From Nitrospirae bacterium GWC2_56_14 (GTDB lineage Bacteria > Nitrospirota > UBA9217), in the NCBI GenBank assembly GCA_001803705.1, contig MHDY01000253.1, positions 1 through 38,365 of the forward strand: DNA of 38,365 nucleotides. The letters are read 5' to 3'. The position numbers were made by a program, and so were the translations under genes. This document shows, piece after piece, positions 38,161 through 38,365 of this stretch (position 1 is the first letter of the stretch; each line of letters starts with the position of its first letter). The notes under the pieces were generated by a model. That model was not told the origin of the DNA and ran no database searches. It was given only the letters and a program-made list of their open reading frames with translations.

Positions 38161-38365
38161 TTCTGCACCGGTAGCGAAATAGTCCAGACATCGCGGACAA
38201 GCCCGTGGGAGGATAGTTTCCGCTCTTTCATTTCGTGGGGGTGTGGACATTCACTGCCAAACCTGATATCATTTTTTCAGGCTTTGCTGCAGCCTTTCCT
38301 CGTCTCCCTTGGACCTTCCGACCGGGTTCCTGCACCGGCGTCCGGAGTCTGCTATGAACGAATTG

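Noticed and set aside
38354-38365. A possible gene start (GGAG, 6-nt spacer, ATGAACGAATTG) at the right edge.
   Set aside because: Only 4 codons fall inside the window, so this cannot be supported.

Overview
This 38.4-kb GC-rich window looks like chromosomal core, not an accessory island. I call 41 protein genes, an RNase P RNA and one tRNA(CAU). No database search or computation was possible. Calls rest on motifs recognised by eye, and start codons were chosen from Shine-Dalgarno (SD) context. The host is probably an anaerobe with multihaem cytochromes, but that is only a guess.

Gene content:
- Plus strand at the left end: prfC, then a REC-GGDEF regulator, a nine-haem cytochrome c and a Crp/Fnr regulator.
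- Minus-strand block 1: trpB2, a stand-alone RAM-domain protein, a radical SAM/SPASM enzyme, a cysteine-free MutY-like glycosylase and an Smr protein.
- Minus-strand block 2: rnpB, an RNase HI-like gene, a COG1579 zinc-ribbon gene and tRNA(CAU).
- Minus-strand block 3 is an extended macromolecular-synthesis string: rpsU, yqeY, NIF3, mutS2, dnaG, rpoD.
- Then argJ-argC and rplM-rpsI on the minus strand, followed by two paralogous small membrane proteins.
- Plus strand: rpsB-tsf-pyrH-frr and an orphan atpB-atpE pair.
- Remaining genes: a pure hexapeptide-repeat protein, gltX, pdxA, an AI-2E transporter, a LOG-family protein, TVP38, a Cys-rich small protein, sppA and a secreted TPR-like protein.

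I see no CRISPR array, transposase, integrase, phage gene or recognisable defence gene.

Nothing here is a clear novel system. The best candidates for a second look are:
1. The orphan radical SAM/SPASM plus RAM-only gene pair, which is bracketed by GC-rich structured repeats.
2. The Smr plus cluster-less MutY-like/winged-helix pair.
3. The COG1579, RNase H and rnpB string, with an 83-99-nt element of mutually exclusive helices just upstream of rnpB.
4. Several GC-rich repeat families, and intrinsic terminators that directly abut the SD of the next gene.

All functional links are inference.
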